This document shows, piece after piece, positions 48,540 through 60,115 of a stretch of DNA of 64,000 nt (position 1 is the stretch's first letter; each line of letters begins with the position of its first letter). The position numbers and the translations under genes were made by a program. The DNA is from Eutreptiella sp. 'Long Island Sound 2002' (Eukaryota; Protista; Euglenida), in assembly GCA_964036045.1 (NCBI GenBank), contig OZ038379.1, forward strand, positions 23,188,001-23,252,000, given 5' to 3'. The notes under the pieces were generated by a model. The model ran no database searches. It had not been told where the DNA came from and was given only the letters and a program-made list of their open reading frames with translations.

Positions 48540-49002
48540 CAAACACAACTCTTGAAGGTCATGGTGGCTGCCATGGAGAAGCTGAAGAAGTATTTGTTTA
48601 AACGTATGGATGCTGCCAAACAATCACGTGTGTTGGACCCAACACAACTTGGGACCATGTCTGACATCACATTGTATCCTCATGTCATCCCTGCAAATGT
48701 GTGCCTCACAGTTGAACAGAGTGGGAAGTGGAAGTTGTATCTTGACATTGTGCAGCCAAGCACATAGCAGTCCAACGTACTGGGCTGGTGGGAGGGCATG
48801 CGTGAACGCCTGCCTCTGTGTGCAAGTGTGCAAGGCGTACATTGGCCATCCCTCACACCTCATGCGATCTGGAAAGGTCATTTTTGATGTGGTTTCACCA
48901 TCGACCTACAATGCAAACCCGAACGGACAAGAACAATGCCGGAGGATATTCCGTTCGTCACTGATTCAATTGTTTGCTATGGCGGAGGCACTACTCCATT
49001 AA
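48540..49002 (+). pseudogene. Possible hAT-like transposase C-terminal remnant
   Basis: MEKLKKYLFKRMDAAKQSRVLDPTQ resembles the hAT 'Kl.kY...a.vLDP' block; a downstream frame has ...CRRIFRS, a weak ERxFS-like match. Confidence 0.35.
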
Positions 49003-50821
49003 AACAAAATGACACATATGCTTTGTCTGTGCCCTGCTGCATGCTGTGCTGCTTCTCAGAGCGCACCCTCTTCTTGCTTAATTGGTGTATCAAACCATCC
49101 AAAAGCCTGCAAAGAATTAACAAAAGCCGGGAAGAAATATCAAGAACCATCTGACAACCTTAAGAAAATGACAACATGGATCCAGAAACCCTTTGTAGAG
49201 TTATTTACAATTGTTTTACAGTTTTTTTTTTTACTTTTTTTCACAGTTTTTTCACAGTTTTTTACAGTTTTTTTTTTACAAAGCTGTCGAAATGGCCGGT
49301 GCATTTGGTGCCGGCTACTCAGGAGGCCTGAGAAAGCGGACATTTGCTGGAGATTGCGGCGGCAAACAATGGAAACCAGACTTTCATTGGTCTACGGCAT
49401 CCACAGCAGAAGTGTCTTGAATGCAGAGGCCTGAAATGGAGTGGCAGCCGTTGTCCGCACTGGGGGCATGTGGGTCTGACGGGGGAGAGCACAGGGCCGA
49501 ATCAGTGGTCTGTTGGTGTGGGGCTGCATGTTCCATTCCACAGAGGACTGCAGGAGGGAAAGCCTAAGGGGCCTTCCGGAAGGCAATGGCAACGCGGGGG
49601 GGGGGAGTGGCTTGCCCCCCCCCCCCACACACACCACCCCCCCTATCCTCGCTCCTTCCCACAAATGGCCTCCCTGAGCTCAAAGACCAGGTCACACGAA
49701 ACCCATGGCACTGGACACTGGTTGTGCCACACGGTAGTTAACTAGCCTTTATGGAGCACCTACAACATATTTACAACAGTACATCGGATCACAGGGTCTG
49801 TGAAGCTCTCAGCTGAGGTAGTGCAATATCTTTCGGGCACTCATGCGGTGACAATGGCAGCACGTTGCACAGGATATTGACCCTCAGTTGGCAGTTTGGG
49901 CATTCTGAGTTGCAGGGTCGCAGGTGGTGGATTCCCGCGATGCTCACACTTACGGGCTCATCACTCCCTGCGAGTGTGTGCATTGGATTGAGTGTCGCAT
50001 ACAATACCACAAGGCGGCACGGATCGCATGCACACCTCAGAGAAAACCACTCGAGGACAAGACCAACCAGACACATACACTCGCAACATCTCCCCACGTC
50101 TGTATCTACGCCCCAGCGGAAGCCAGAGGGGACATGGTCAAATCTGTTGTGTGACCCTCTTGTGTTGATCGAGGTCGTTTGTGTGTCTTAGAAGTGGGTG
50201 AGGGAAACCCTCACCCAGAGTACCATCTGGTGAGCAGGCTTCGCTGGCTTGCCCTGGTCTGGACCAAAGTAAGAAAGAAGAAGAGGTGGGGCAGGCAAAG
50301 CGCAGTTGGGCGGGTCGGAGACGAACGTTGATCCCGCTGCGATTGCATTGTACTGCGCCCTCGGCGTCCACACCCTCGACCCCTGGACTCTGTCTTCGTG
50401 TTCTGCGTTGCTCGTCTTTCGCACTCACGGTGCCCTGGCGTCCGTTGCGGCACATCTGCTGATGGTTCGCATTTTATTGTCATGTTGAAGGCAGCCCCAG
50501 TGGCTCTGCACATGAGGCTGCGTTTGGAGCGACCCTCTGGAAGGATGACGGGGCCCCTTGCGCATGACAGAGCAGACGGGCACGCCTCAGCCCCGCCTGA
50601 GGGGAGATGTGCTGCTGAGTGCTTGTTGGACGGCAGCGCGCCTTGTGTCTGGGCGTACAGTGCGACGTCCGTCAGATGAGCAGGGCTGCACTGATGCTTC
50701 CGGAATCCTGCGATTTCTTGAGCTTCGACGTCGTACCTCACGAACACACCGCCGGTTGCGCGGGCCTCCGCGAAGATGTGCGTTACACTCGGGCCGCGTT
50801 GTGTGTGTGTGTGTTGTGCAG

Positions 50822-51097
50822 ATGGAATCGCGGGGCCTCAGTGCGACGCCGACCGGTGGAAGCGATGCCGCGGACCCCACGGAGCCTGCAGCAGCTGTCG
50901 TGGCCGAGCCCGTGGATGATGCAGCGACCGGCGAGCCGTATCCTTTCCAGACGGTGTACACCGACGGCAACATTGTGTTCGAGGAGGACGACGATGGTGT
51001 CGTGATGCTGTCGTGGGGCAGAAAGAGCAGCCTGTGGATGGGGTTCCGCAACCCATTCAATCCACTGGAATTCGGATTGGAGTACTTCCAGACGCAG
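50822..51097 (+). CDS. Spermidine-synthase-like SAM-dependent transferase, exon
   Basis: tgcag|ATG; ...NPLEFGLEYFQTQ (resembles 'p..l.feY.q.m' upstream of motif I in SpeE-like proteins); donor CAG|GTCTGC, phase 0. Confidence 0.8.
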
Positions 51098-52265
51098 GTC
51101 TGCTGGGCCTGGGAACGCCCGTGGCACGGCACATGTTGTGCCACGCGTCCAAGCACGTTCCTGTTCAACACGGTACATAAAGTATTTGGAGGCAATGCCT
51201 GGGCAACCGCGTATTTAGACATTTCCGCATCACCGCACCGTTGCACATCTTTGAGCTCTCACCCAATTGATCACAGGGATTGAACCATGTTTCTTCCGCA
51301 CACTCCAGGGCGGCGATCACATGCTTTGGCGGGGAGCTGGGCTTCTGCCAAGCTTCTCTGGATGGGCCGGCGGTGGATGCTTGCGCCACGAAAATACGGC
51401 AAGTTATTATGTGCCGTGGGATCGTGCAGCTATTCCCTCTCGAAAATTTTTTTAACAGAAGCCATGAACAGTGACTCAGTGACGGCGTTGGCTGTCTCCG
51501 TCAGCGAGTTGGGGTCCCGTCAATGAGCCCCTTGCGGAGGAGCGGTGGGGGGTTCCGGCGAGGCGGCTCTATTGCAACAGACATCCGAAGCAGATCGTCA
51601 GACGGGGGGGGGGGGGTTTCCAGTGCCTCCGAAACGTGGGCTCCTGCCGGCTGCAGTCCATAGACAGCACGGATCTGTTTGTCAGGGTGAGCTCACTGCA
51701 TTATCCTCCTGGGATACGGTCAACCTGAGTACAGCTCCAACACTTGCTGTTGTCACTCTCGGTGCGTCAAAACCTACCAATTAGGACCCCTCCCCTCCTT
51801 TAGGTGTGTTGCTCCTTACACAAAGCCACTTCTTTGTGACAGACACTGCCCAAGCAGAAGTGGCAGAGTTGCCTACATTCGCCATTTTGGTTGCTGGAGA
51901 CTGCAGCTGCATCTTCGTCCCTGCCCTTGGCAACCTTTTCCACATTTGCACCGTTATGCTTGCACGTCGTTTTTTGTGCTGCAAATCTGCGATTTGGCGG
52001 TTTGTTCCTCTTGCTGCCGCGCATTTATTGTGTTTGCTGTCTACCTGTGCACCATTCAGCCGTTTTTCTGTGGTGGCTACGGGTGCACATTGAAGGTTTT
52101 CACGCCACGGAAAACTTGCATCCGGCAAAACCTGCTGCGGCTCGAGATCGCACGTTGCACTGTATTACTCACATGTGCGGGCCTCGAGTATCTGATGCCT
52201 GGCATGTCGCCAATTTGGCACAGAAGTCCTCTTTGAATACTTGGTTCGTGTTTGCCTGCCTTTAG

Positions 52266-52394
52266 GTCGCCATCGGTCTCACTTCCGGGCACCACAAGCG
52301 AGCGCTGATCTTAGGGCTGGGCATTGGCGCAATTCCCGCCACTTTGCGTGCCATGTGCCCTGATATGGACATCGACATTGTGGAATTGGATCCG
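52266..52394 (+). CDS. Spermidine-synthase-like transferase, exon with SAM-binding motif I
   Basis: ttag|GTC; KRALILGLGIGAIP...MDIDIVELDP; donor GTAGTT at 52395 (alternative GTCTGC at 52401), phase 0. Confidence 0.9.
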
Positions 52395-53458
52395 GTAGTT
52401 GTCTGCCCACACCGGACCCCAGCCTGTCCCACATTCCGGCCTGCCCCTACACTTCATATGCCTCCTCACCGCCGCGCCCTGTCCCTATTTCCAGCCCCTG
52501 CTGCACTCCCGTCCAGATCCGTCTCCCGTCCAGATCCGTCCCCCTGCCCCTGTCCTTCTTCTTCCCCCACCCGTACGCTTAGGCGTTGCACCAACCAACC
52601 AACCTATGCCAACCCCTCTAGCCATCTTTACCCGTGCGAATGCCGGCGATATTTACAGATTTGGCTCTAGAATGAAGTTCCAGAGCCCATGACAAGTGCG
52701 ACACGATGCTCAAATCCGAAAGAAACTGCTTTGGGTTGCTGGCTGCCAAGAGATTTCCGCTGCACTGGTGCAAGTGCTGGTCCAACAGCCTAGAGGCGAC
52801 AGTCGGCAGCAGGATTCCCTGTAAGCAAACAGATACATTCTGATTCCTAGTGTTGCTTGGACAAGGGTGTTGCTTACGCGCCGCAACTTGCGTTATACAC
52901 GTGTGGACATGATGTACTATTCTGAAAACCAAGAGGTAAAACACGCTACGAATGCCCTCTTGGCCAACAGAGCTGCCTTGACACAAAATATGAACTTCGT
53001 GCTTCTCAAAACCAAGGTATCAGGACGCACACATAGCACACAGCAGAACGAATTGAAAAACGCACCGCCAAAATCAACGGTGCAAAAATTGCCGGAACCA
53101 ACGCCCAGTGTTGCTTGGACATAGGCGTTGCTTGGACAAAGGGGGGGCGTTGGTTCCGTCAATTTCTGGTCATTTACCGTTGCTTGTACAAGGGGGCGGG
53201 GGGGGGTGATTGATTTGAAGCAATGTCTTCAGTTTCTGTGGAAAGCATGCCTAGATTTTGACCCGGGAGTTAGGGAGCAAGCGGTTTTCCATTGCTCATA
53301 GCTGCAGCCACAACCGTAGCCAACCTCCATCGGAAGGGCACCCAAGCCCTGTGCCCAGCACGAAGTGGCTGCGGCTGCTTCTGCTGCTACTGGTGCCGTT
53401 GTTGTTGCCAACCTCCACTGTACCATCCTTCTGTAACTGGCAACCCTGCCAATTTCAG

Positions 53459-53554
53459 GCCATCATTGAGGGAGCCGCCAAACATGTGGACATGACTGAG
53501 GATCACCGCATGCGGATCCATGAGGCCGATGCTGCAGAGTTTGTGAAACATGAG
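53459..53554 (+). CDS. Spermidine-synthase-like transferase, exon
   Basis: tcag|GCC; AIIEGAAKHVDMTEDHRMRIHEADAAEFVKHE (matches 'R.rih.aDa..fv'); donor GAG|GTGTGC. Confidence 0.9.
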
Positions 53555-55082
53555 GTGTGCCATTTGTGGTTTGAACTGCAGCTCAGTGGTGTGGGATGCA
53601 GCCTCACGTGCGACGCTGGACCGCCTGAAGGGTGCGGCACTGTGCAGCACCAACAGCACTCGCTAGAAACAACTGAGATCACCAGCTGCGATGTGCCACT
53701 CCCGTGCACCATGCACAGTGCAGTGTTGGAGGGAAAAACTCTGCCAGGATTTACGTGTTCCCTTGACATCCATTGCAACGGAACACTTGCCATGCTCCAA
53801 GAATTGAACGCTTGCCATGCTCGAACCTCCGTCTGAAACGTTTTCCGGGACCAAGTGTCAAGAGGCGAACGTGCACACAAACTGGACACACCGCTTCCAA
53901 CCCCAGTTGCCACCCCTTTGGGTGAACTTTGACTCGTGCACCAATGCGCATGCCACACGTGGCTGGCTCAGCCTACACGCCCGTATCGCATGCAAAGAGT
54001 TCTACACCCGCATCCCGGTCCCAGCGCAACTTTGAAAATCAGGATTCGAGTGATCTCACGAGAGTCGCGTTCGCTCGTGGCGTACGACGGTCGGGTGTCA
54101 CAACCGGCCGCCCCTGAGAAGCAGGAACGGTGGAGCCAAAAGACTATTTTTTTGTTCGTGTCAGAGTTCGGGGAGTACCTGAAATACATTGACGACGTTT
54201 TGTTGTATTGGGCGGTCGTGGGAGATGCTGCAGTTGTGGGGTGGCAGGCTGTGGAGTGTTCAGAGGCCAGCAAAAGAGTCCGCATGCCTAAAATGCCTGT
54301 ACCAATTTTGTTGGTTTGAACAGAGTCCACTGGTTTGCTTTGCCCAAATCTTTTGTGATGTTGGAGGGTGGACCGACCAGACTTGTGGCAGACTGAAGGG
54401 GGGCTGCCCACCCCCCGTGTCCTCCTCCGGATCAATCTTGGTCAAGGAATGACTGAATGTGAGGCCTGTCCGCCCTGGCAGAGGAGTGGTCATTGTCGGG
54501 GTAGTGCACCGCCATCGAGAGCGCTGGGACAAATGTTCAGAGTAACATGACTGCAGCTGCGGCGCTCTTAGCCGAGTGGGGGGCTATCGTCGCATGCTCC
54601 AGGTCGCCGGCGACCACCGGCATCAGAGCAGTCTGGCCGGCGAGCGGTGTGCTTCGTGGACCTCGATCAGCCAAAGCAGGGCACCACAAAAGATGAAGCA
54701 CTGGAAATAGGTACCCCACGGGACCGCACCGGCCTCTGTGGAGGACCCCTCAGCCCTCAGCCGCAGGTCAGGCTCTCTTCGGGGAAAACGAAGTTTTTGT
54801 GCTACAAAAGATTTTCCGGGCCTTTTTTGGTGTGCAAACCCTTCGGTCTCAGCCCTCCCCCCCCCCCCCGCCCGCCCGCCGCCCCCGCGGCGCTCAAGCA
54901 CAGGCCTGAGCCCTCCTGAGTACCCCATGGAACGGGGCAACTCAGCGGTGGAGCATTCCGCCAGTGCTCAAGAGGGACCGAGTGCGGCAGACCTCCGCTG
55001 TGGCGAGTCGCGGACGCCTCAAGACTGGCGTGAGGGAGCGGCATGTGCATGTGCATGTCCTGGGCCGTGTGGTGCCCCTCAG

Positions 55083-55172
55083 GACCAGCAGCATCGGTAC
55101 GACCTCATCATCCACGACTGCTTCGACCTGTCGGGCATACCTGCGGTGTTCCATCACCGGGACTTTTATGTG
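55083..55172 (+). CDS. Spermidine-synthase-like transferase, exon
   Basis: tcag|GAC; DQQHRYDLIIHDCFDLSGIPAVFHHRDFYV (YDLII.D.FD motif); donor GTGTGC. Confidence 0.9.
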
Positions 55173-57783
55173 GTGTGCCCCTCGCTCTGCCATGGCTGTG
55201 TAGGGGAGGGCAGGGGAATAGAGGGTTTGGGGCCATGCAGAGATCATCCAGTTCACAGCGTTGTAGGATCGGTGCTACAGGGCAGCACTCTGATATGACG
55301 GCCCCAGGGAGGGCTGCCGGGCGCGGTCCGTGGCCGCAGCCCTAATGCCACCCCCCAGAGTTCCACTTACTCAACTCAGCATCAGTGGAGGGGGGGGGTT
55401 GGGGGGTTCCAGACCCCCCCCCCCCCCTCAGACCCACCCGTCCCCAACCCCCCGTAAGTGATTGGGCCAATTTTCGCTCCGCGCCTTCGGCCAATCAAAA
55501 ATTTTCTCTGGTGCCTTCGGCGCCAATTAGTTTAGACTAACACTCAGCACCACTGGGGGGCTTGACCCATCCACCCCCCTCGGACCCACCCACCCACCCA
55601 CCCCACCCCGCCTTTAAGTGGAACTCTGCCCCCCCCCCCCCCCCCCTTTGCCAGGAATATTTGATTTCCTCCTGTGCCAGGAGGGTGAATTTTAGTTTCG
55701 CCGCATTCGTGTATACCTGCAATACTCAGGATTTCATGGGGACCTCAAATATGAACGAAAACCACGGGAAATGAATTGGACCCCCCCCCCCCCCCTGCGG
55801 GGACTCTGATACGGCAGGGGTATGTCGCCACGTCTCTCTACTCCCTCACCTCACAAGTACTCAACCAGTACCCTTCAGGAGGGGGTTGCCCTCTGAGCCC
55901 CTCTGTCCACGGTCCTTCGCGCTTTGGGCTCACTCCAGCGGATCTGCCATGGTGAGTTTCCCTGGGCAGTAAACTGCTCGGCACGGCCTACGGAACCTTC
56001 AAGATGTCCAGCCCCCCCCCTTCAGCGCAGGGCCACCCTGTCATCTGGACGGTCAAGGAGTACCCCTCACCCCGATGGGCTCCCGCTGCAAGTTCACCTG
56101 GCGCGCCCCTCTGGGCTACAGTCATGGAGACAGGTGCAGGCTTGCGGACAGCCCTGTGCAGTTTTGCAGGTTTTGCCTTGGGGCTCGGAGGCCACCTGAC
56201 CCATCACTCCGGCAGCCTCAGCATAGGACCCCCCAGGTCCCGGCACAACCTTTGTAAATGGTCTTCGCTCACTGTTTTGAATGAGTTGCCTATCTTCTCA
56301 TTCACACGAATTTCGCATCAATGTGGGCGAAACTCATGCGAATTTGTGTGAAATTCACGTGCATTTGGGTGAATGAAGCCCAAATGCACACAAATGGCGT
56401 GAATGACCAGATATGCCGTTGTGTTCACAAAGGGTACACGGGCACAACCAACGCCCGTGACCATCACCCAGGGAGCAATGGGGTATGTCAACATGCCCAA
56501 TCCCGGGCATCCACCTTGTGCCTTGTGGCGCTGAGGTGCTTGTGCCCTCCTCGTCTTTGTTGCATATTCTTTGCAATTGCTCCGCGCAACACAGTACCAC
56601 TAGCGAAGAGCATTGGTAACCTTCATGGCCATTTGCAGCGTGCGGTTCGTGGTGGTGGTGGTGCTCCTGCTTGTGCTGTGTGTTTTGGCCCCCTCAATGC
56701 ATGCCAATTTGTGGCATGTGTCTAGTATCCTGAGTAGAAATAACCGACGAGATGCTTACCACAGGCCTGAATGAAATGTGTCAACACGGAAGCTCCTTGC
56801 CCTTGCAAGCTGCTACCTGGTCCCTACTTCTGAGACAGGTAGGGGGGGTTCATGCAACCTGACTAAGACACCACAGAGTTCACTTTCTTCCTGCAAAATC
56901 TCTTATACTCCGCAGGGCACGCCGAAGGAAAAGCATTGCATGACTAGATGACCCACCATCTACTGCCAACCCTGTCCATCTGCCGTCTGTTGACAGTCAA
57001 CTACCAATCCCATGGGACGGCAACCCATTCGGGTCAAGCGCCAGTATCTTGGACTTCTGGGTTCCTCACCCTGGCAATGCCCTGTTAACACTCCAGTGGT
57101 GTGCTGGGGTTTGAAGCAGTGAACCTCGGATCCCACACCATGCATTGTGGTATTGGCACAGCACCGCCATGGCTGGGGGCGGGCACAATGATAGTAGACC
57201 AGGATTGCTCAGAACTTGGACTGCGTTGAGGGGCACCGCAGGAGGGGGGGGGGGAGTTCCCTCTCCCTCCCTCCGTCTGTCCATCCGTCCTCTCAAAAAC
57301 CAATGAATATGCACTGGAGGCATTTTTTCGTCGCATTTGGGTGCGCAAATTTTGCACCCAGAGACCCCCTCCTTGCCCGTGCCCCACTTTCACAAGCGAT
57401 GCCTGTGATATGCACATTGGGCAATTCATTGCAACCCATTCAGTCCGATAGCAGCCCCAATGCACCACTTGGGGTCACTTCACGAAGCACATGGTACGGC
57501 CACTGCCAAACAGAACGCCGGGAATGCGTCTTTCTAACCGAACGTCATGACGACGACATGCCTCCCGGGGACGTTGGAACGACCGCCACTCTGTTGCCTG
57601 CCATTTTTGTGAGGTTTGAAAACAAATTGCGAACGCCGGGGGGGGGGGGGGGGCATGAGGTCCACTCCATACGGCGCTTCAGGAGACAGTCCCTGAGGGC
57701 CACCAATCAGCGCAGTCCAGTACACGAGTCCTGCGGGTGACAACCATTTTGCCCCCAGTGCGCCCCCTCACATCAACCCTCAG

Positions 57784-57849
57784 GACGCCTTGAACTGCCT
57801 CCAACCCGGGGGAGTCTTCAGTGTGAACCTCATCTGGACTTTGCTTGAG
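57784..57849 (+). CDS. Spermidine-synthase-like transferase, 66-nt exon
   Basis: tcag|GAC; DALNCLQPGGVFSVNLIWTLLE (L.PGGv..vN motif); donor GAG|GTACGC. Confidence 0.88.
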
Positions 57850-58604
57850 GTACGCAACTGCCATTCCCTCTGCACTCGCCTGCCTCTGCCCCCGTCCTTA
57901 TGCCGCCCGTCATCCGGCCGGAGGAGGCACGCCTTTCGGTGCCCAGTTTGAGAGAATGTTCCTTGAAACAGGGGATACGCTGGGTATTTTTCCGGCCTGA
58001 CCCTGGATACCCCCTGATTGGGCACCGAGGGCCCTGCCGCAGCCTAAGGCGGGGCTTAAAAGCGGAGGCAGCCCCCCCCCTCCGATCGCAACGCGCCATT
58101 TTCAGCCAAAAATGACTTACACTTTTTTGAGATAGCGCCCGTTCCAGTCGCTTCGCTACTGATCCCCCTGCCAGCGCATGAATCCGTGTGCTGGCTTTGG
58201 AGGGGGGGGGGGGGCTTTCTGTTTTGCGGCATCAAGAACAGCCCTGGCCCCTGGGCAGAGAGGGACCCGACGGTGGACGGTGATCTCGGCGTTTTCAAAG
58301 CCAAATCTCGGAGCCTCGCACCTCCGAAGCCCAAAGGCCGTTGATTCGGGGGCCCGGAGAAGGGGCCGGTAGGGACCCCCAAGGCCCTGTGTGAAGGCAA
58401 GTTTCTCCGAGCCCTTCCTCCCTCTTTACTGAACAAGGCAGCAAACCTTCAGGGGGTGACACGCAGGGGGACACACTTGAGCACATGGTGCAGATACCCG
58501 ATCGTCATAGCCCAGTGGATTAACCGCACCTCTTCTGTCCTGCGGAGGATGGTTCGAACCCCGAGGGGGATAGTGATACACCGAACGTCCCGAAAACCCC
58601 TTTT

Positions 58605-58609
<5 letters not shown>

Positions 58610-58650
<41 letters not shown>
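58610..58650. repeat. (GA)n microsatellite
   Basis: About 20 GA units with GA-rich degenerate continuation to about 58745. Confidence 0.95.
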
Positions 58651-58653
<3 letters not shown>

Positions 58654-59845
58654 ACGCAGTGGGAAAGGAACGGAGAGGAGAGAGAGAGAGGGTGGGACGC
58701 AGGGGAGAGAGCAGGAGAGAAAGAGAGGGAGAGAGTGGGACAGAGACCCACAGAGCAAGAGTCGGGGGCTAACCGGCGCAAAGGGAGGGTGGTGGGTTCG
58801 AGCTGATGTCATGCAACATCAGCTCATGTACAAAGAGCCACCGCCTGTGCAATGCGGGGCCCTTCGCAGTAAAGGGGGCGCCAGCGGCCGTGCTCACAGA
58901 CCGCGATGCACCTCCACCCGCCCTGTCAGCACACGTTCGCGTCCCAGACATTCAAAAGCATTGCGCACTGCAATCGCAAGGGGTTGGTCAAAAGTGTTTG
59001 GCGTGCCCCAGCAAACACAACACACTCCATTGCCTTTGCGGCCGGCCGGCCGTAAGGATCTCGCTCCTCAGACATGCACGCAAGTGACTGGTGCCGCTGG
59101 CACCTACTCGGCTGGGACTTTGGCCACCGTCTACCCTGCCGCAGCTTACACCGCCGGGTACACTGGTGTGGGCGCACTTGTCGCCCCCGGTGATGCTCAT
59201 TTTGCTGACCAGCGACAGGCAGCACAGGACAGCCAAACAGGAACGTCATATATGGCCCCGACCAGCCACGACACCGACACAAGTATTGAGCACTATTGCC
59301 CACTGTGTACAGCGTAGGGGGATGCGTTTGCTGCGTCAGGGGGATGGGGATGACATGGGAAGCTACAGACTGTTGCCAGTCTCATGTCCTCGGCGGGTGG
59401 GAAAGGCCATAGGAGTACCACCCCCCCCCCCGACCGCAGAAGTGACCGCCGGTGTGGCCAAGGGCTGTTTGCGTGTCGTCACGGGGCCGTTGCGATCGTG
59501 ACGGTCACTGGCGATGTGAACACACGCATTCCGATGTGGGCACTCCACAGCGCTTGCGACCTGGCGCCCATGGGCAGAGGTGTGACGCCCGTCCGGCCCC
59601 GTGCTCCCCCCCCCTTGTGGAGACGGGGGGCGCCCGAGGCACCGCCCACCCTCACGGGCGGGCGGGCGGGCGGGGGGCGGGGACCGTGGGATCGCCGCCC
59701 CCTCGGCACACGCACACACCGGCGCGCACACGCACATGCCCCACGCTTTTGCCGTTAAGTCGCGCTTCCACAGGCCCTCACAAGTGCCCCCGGGGGGTCG
59801 TGGGGGCACCGACCACGGCGTCACTTGTGTGCGCCCTCTCCGCAG

Positions 59846-60115
59846 GCGCAGGTCATCCGCGAGCACATGTTGGAGCTGCTGGAGAACCCGCTGGCGATCC
59901 ACTGCCAGACGGCCACCAACTGCGCGATCTTCGGCCGGGCCAAAGGGGATGACCCCCTGCACCACCGCGACCTGGTGAGCGCCGCGATGGACGTGGACGG
60001 CGAGTGCCGGCTGCCGTATTTGGTGACGACCCAAGTGGAGCGGGCGCAGAGTGCGTTTGAGCCGCAGACGTGCTCCGATGAGGCTCTGCTTTGGGAGGGG
60101 AGGGTCCCGGACTAG
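59846..60115 (+). CDS. Spermidine-synthase-like transferase, terminal exon (may start at 59852)
   Basis: cgcag|GCG CAG GTC; VIREHMLELLENPLAIHCQTATNCAIFG...; TAG at 60113-60115; GC3-rich. Confidence 0.85.
   Translation, partial: AQVIREHMLELLENPLAIHCQTATNCAIFGRAKGDDPLHHRDLVSAAMDVDGECRLPYLVTTQVERAQSAFEPQTCSDEALLWEGRVPD

Noticed and set aside
54185-54196. YIDD reverse-transcriptase-like motif
   Set aside because: Isolated tetrapeptide with no other RT motifs in frame; likely chance or a very decayed fragment.
54600-54710. Possible extra transferase exon ending at ATAG|GTACC
   Set aside because: The flanking exons already join in frame into a continuous fold, and this segment has no matching motif or phase.
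16874-59845. Euglenid non-conventional (non GT-AG) introns
   Set aside because: Every junction I reconstructed resolves with GT-AG and correct phase; no non-canonical boundary is needed.
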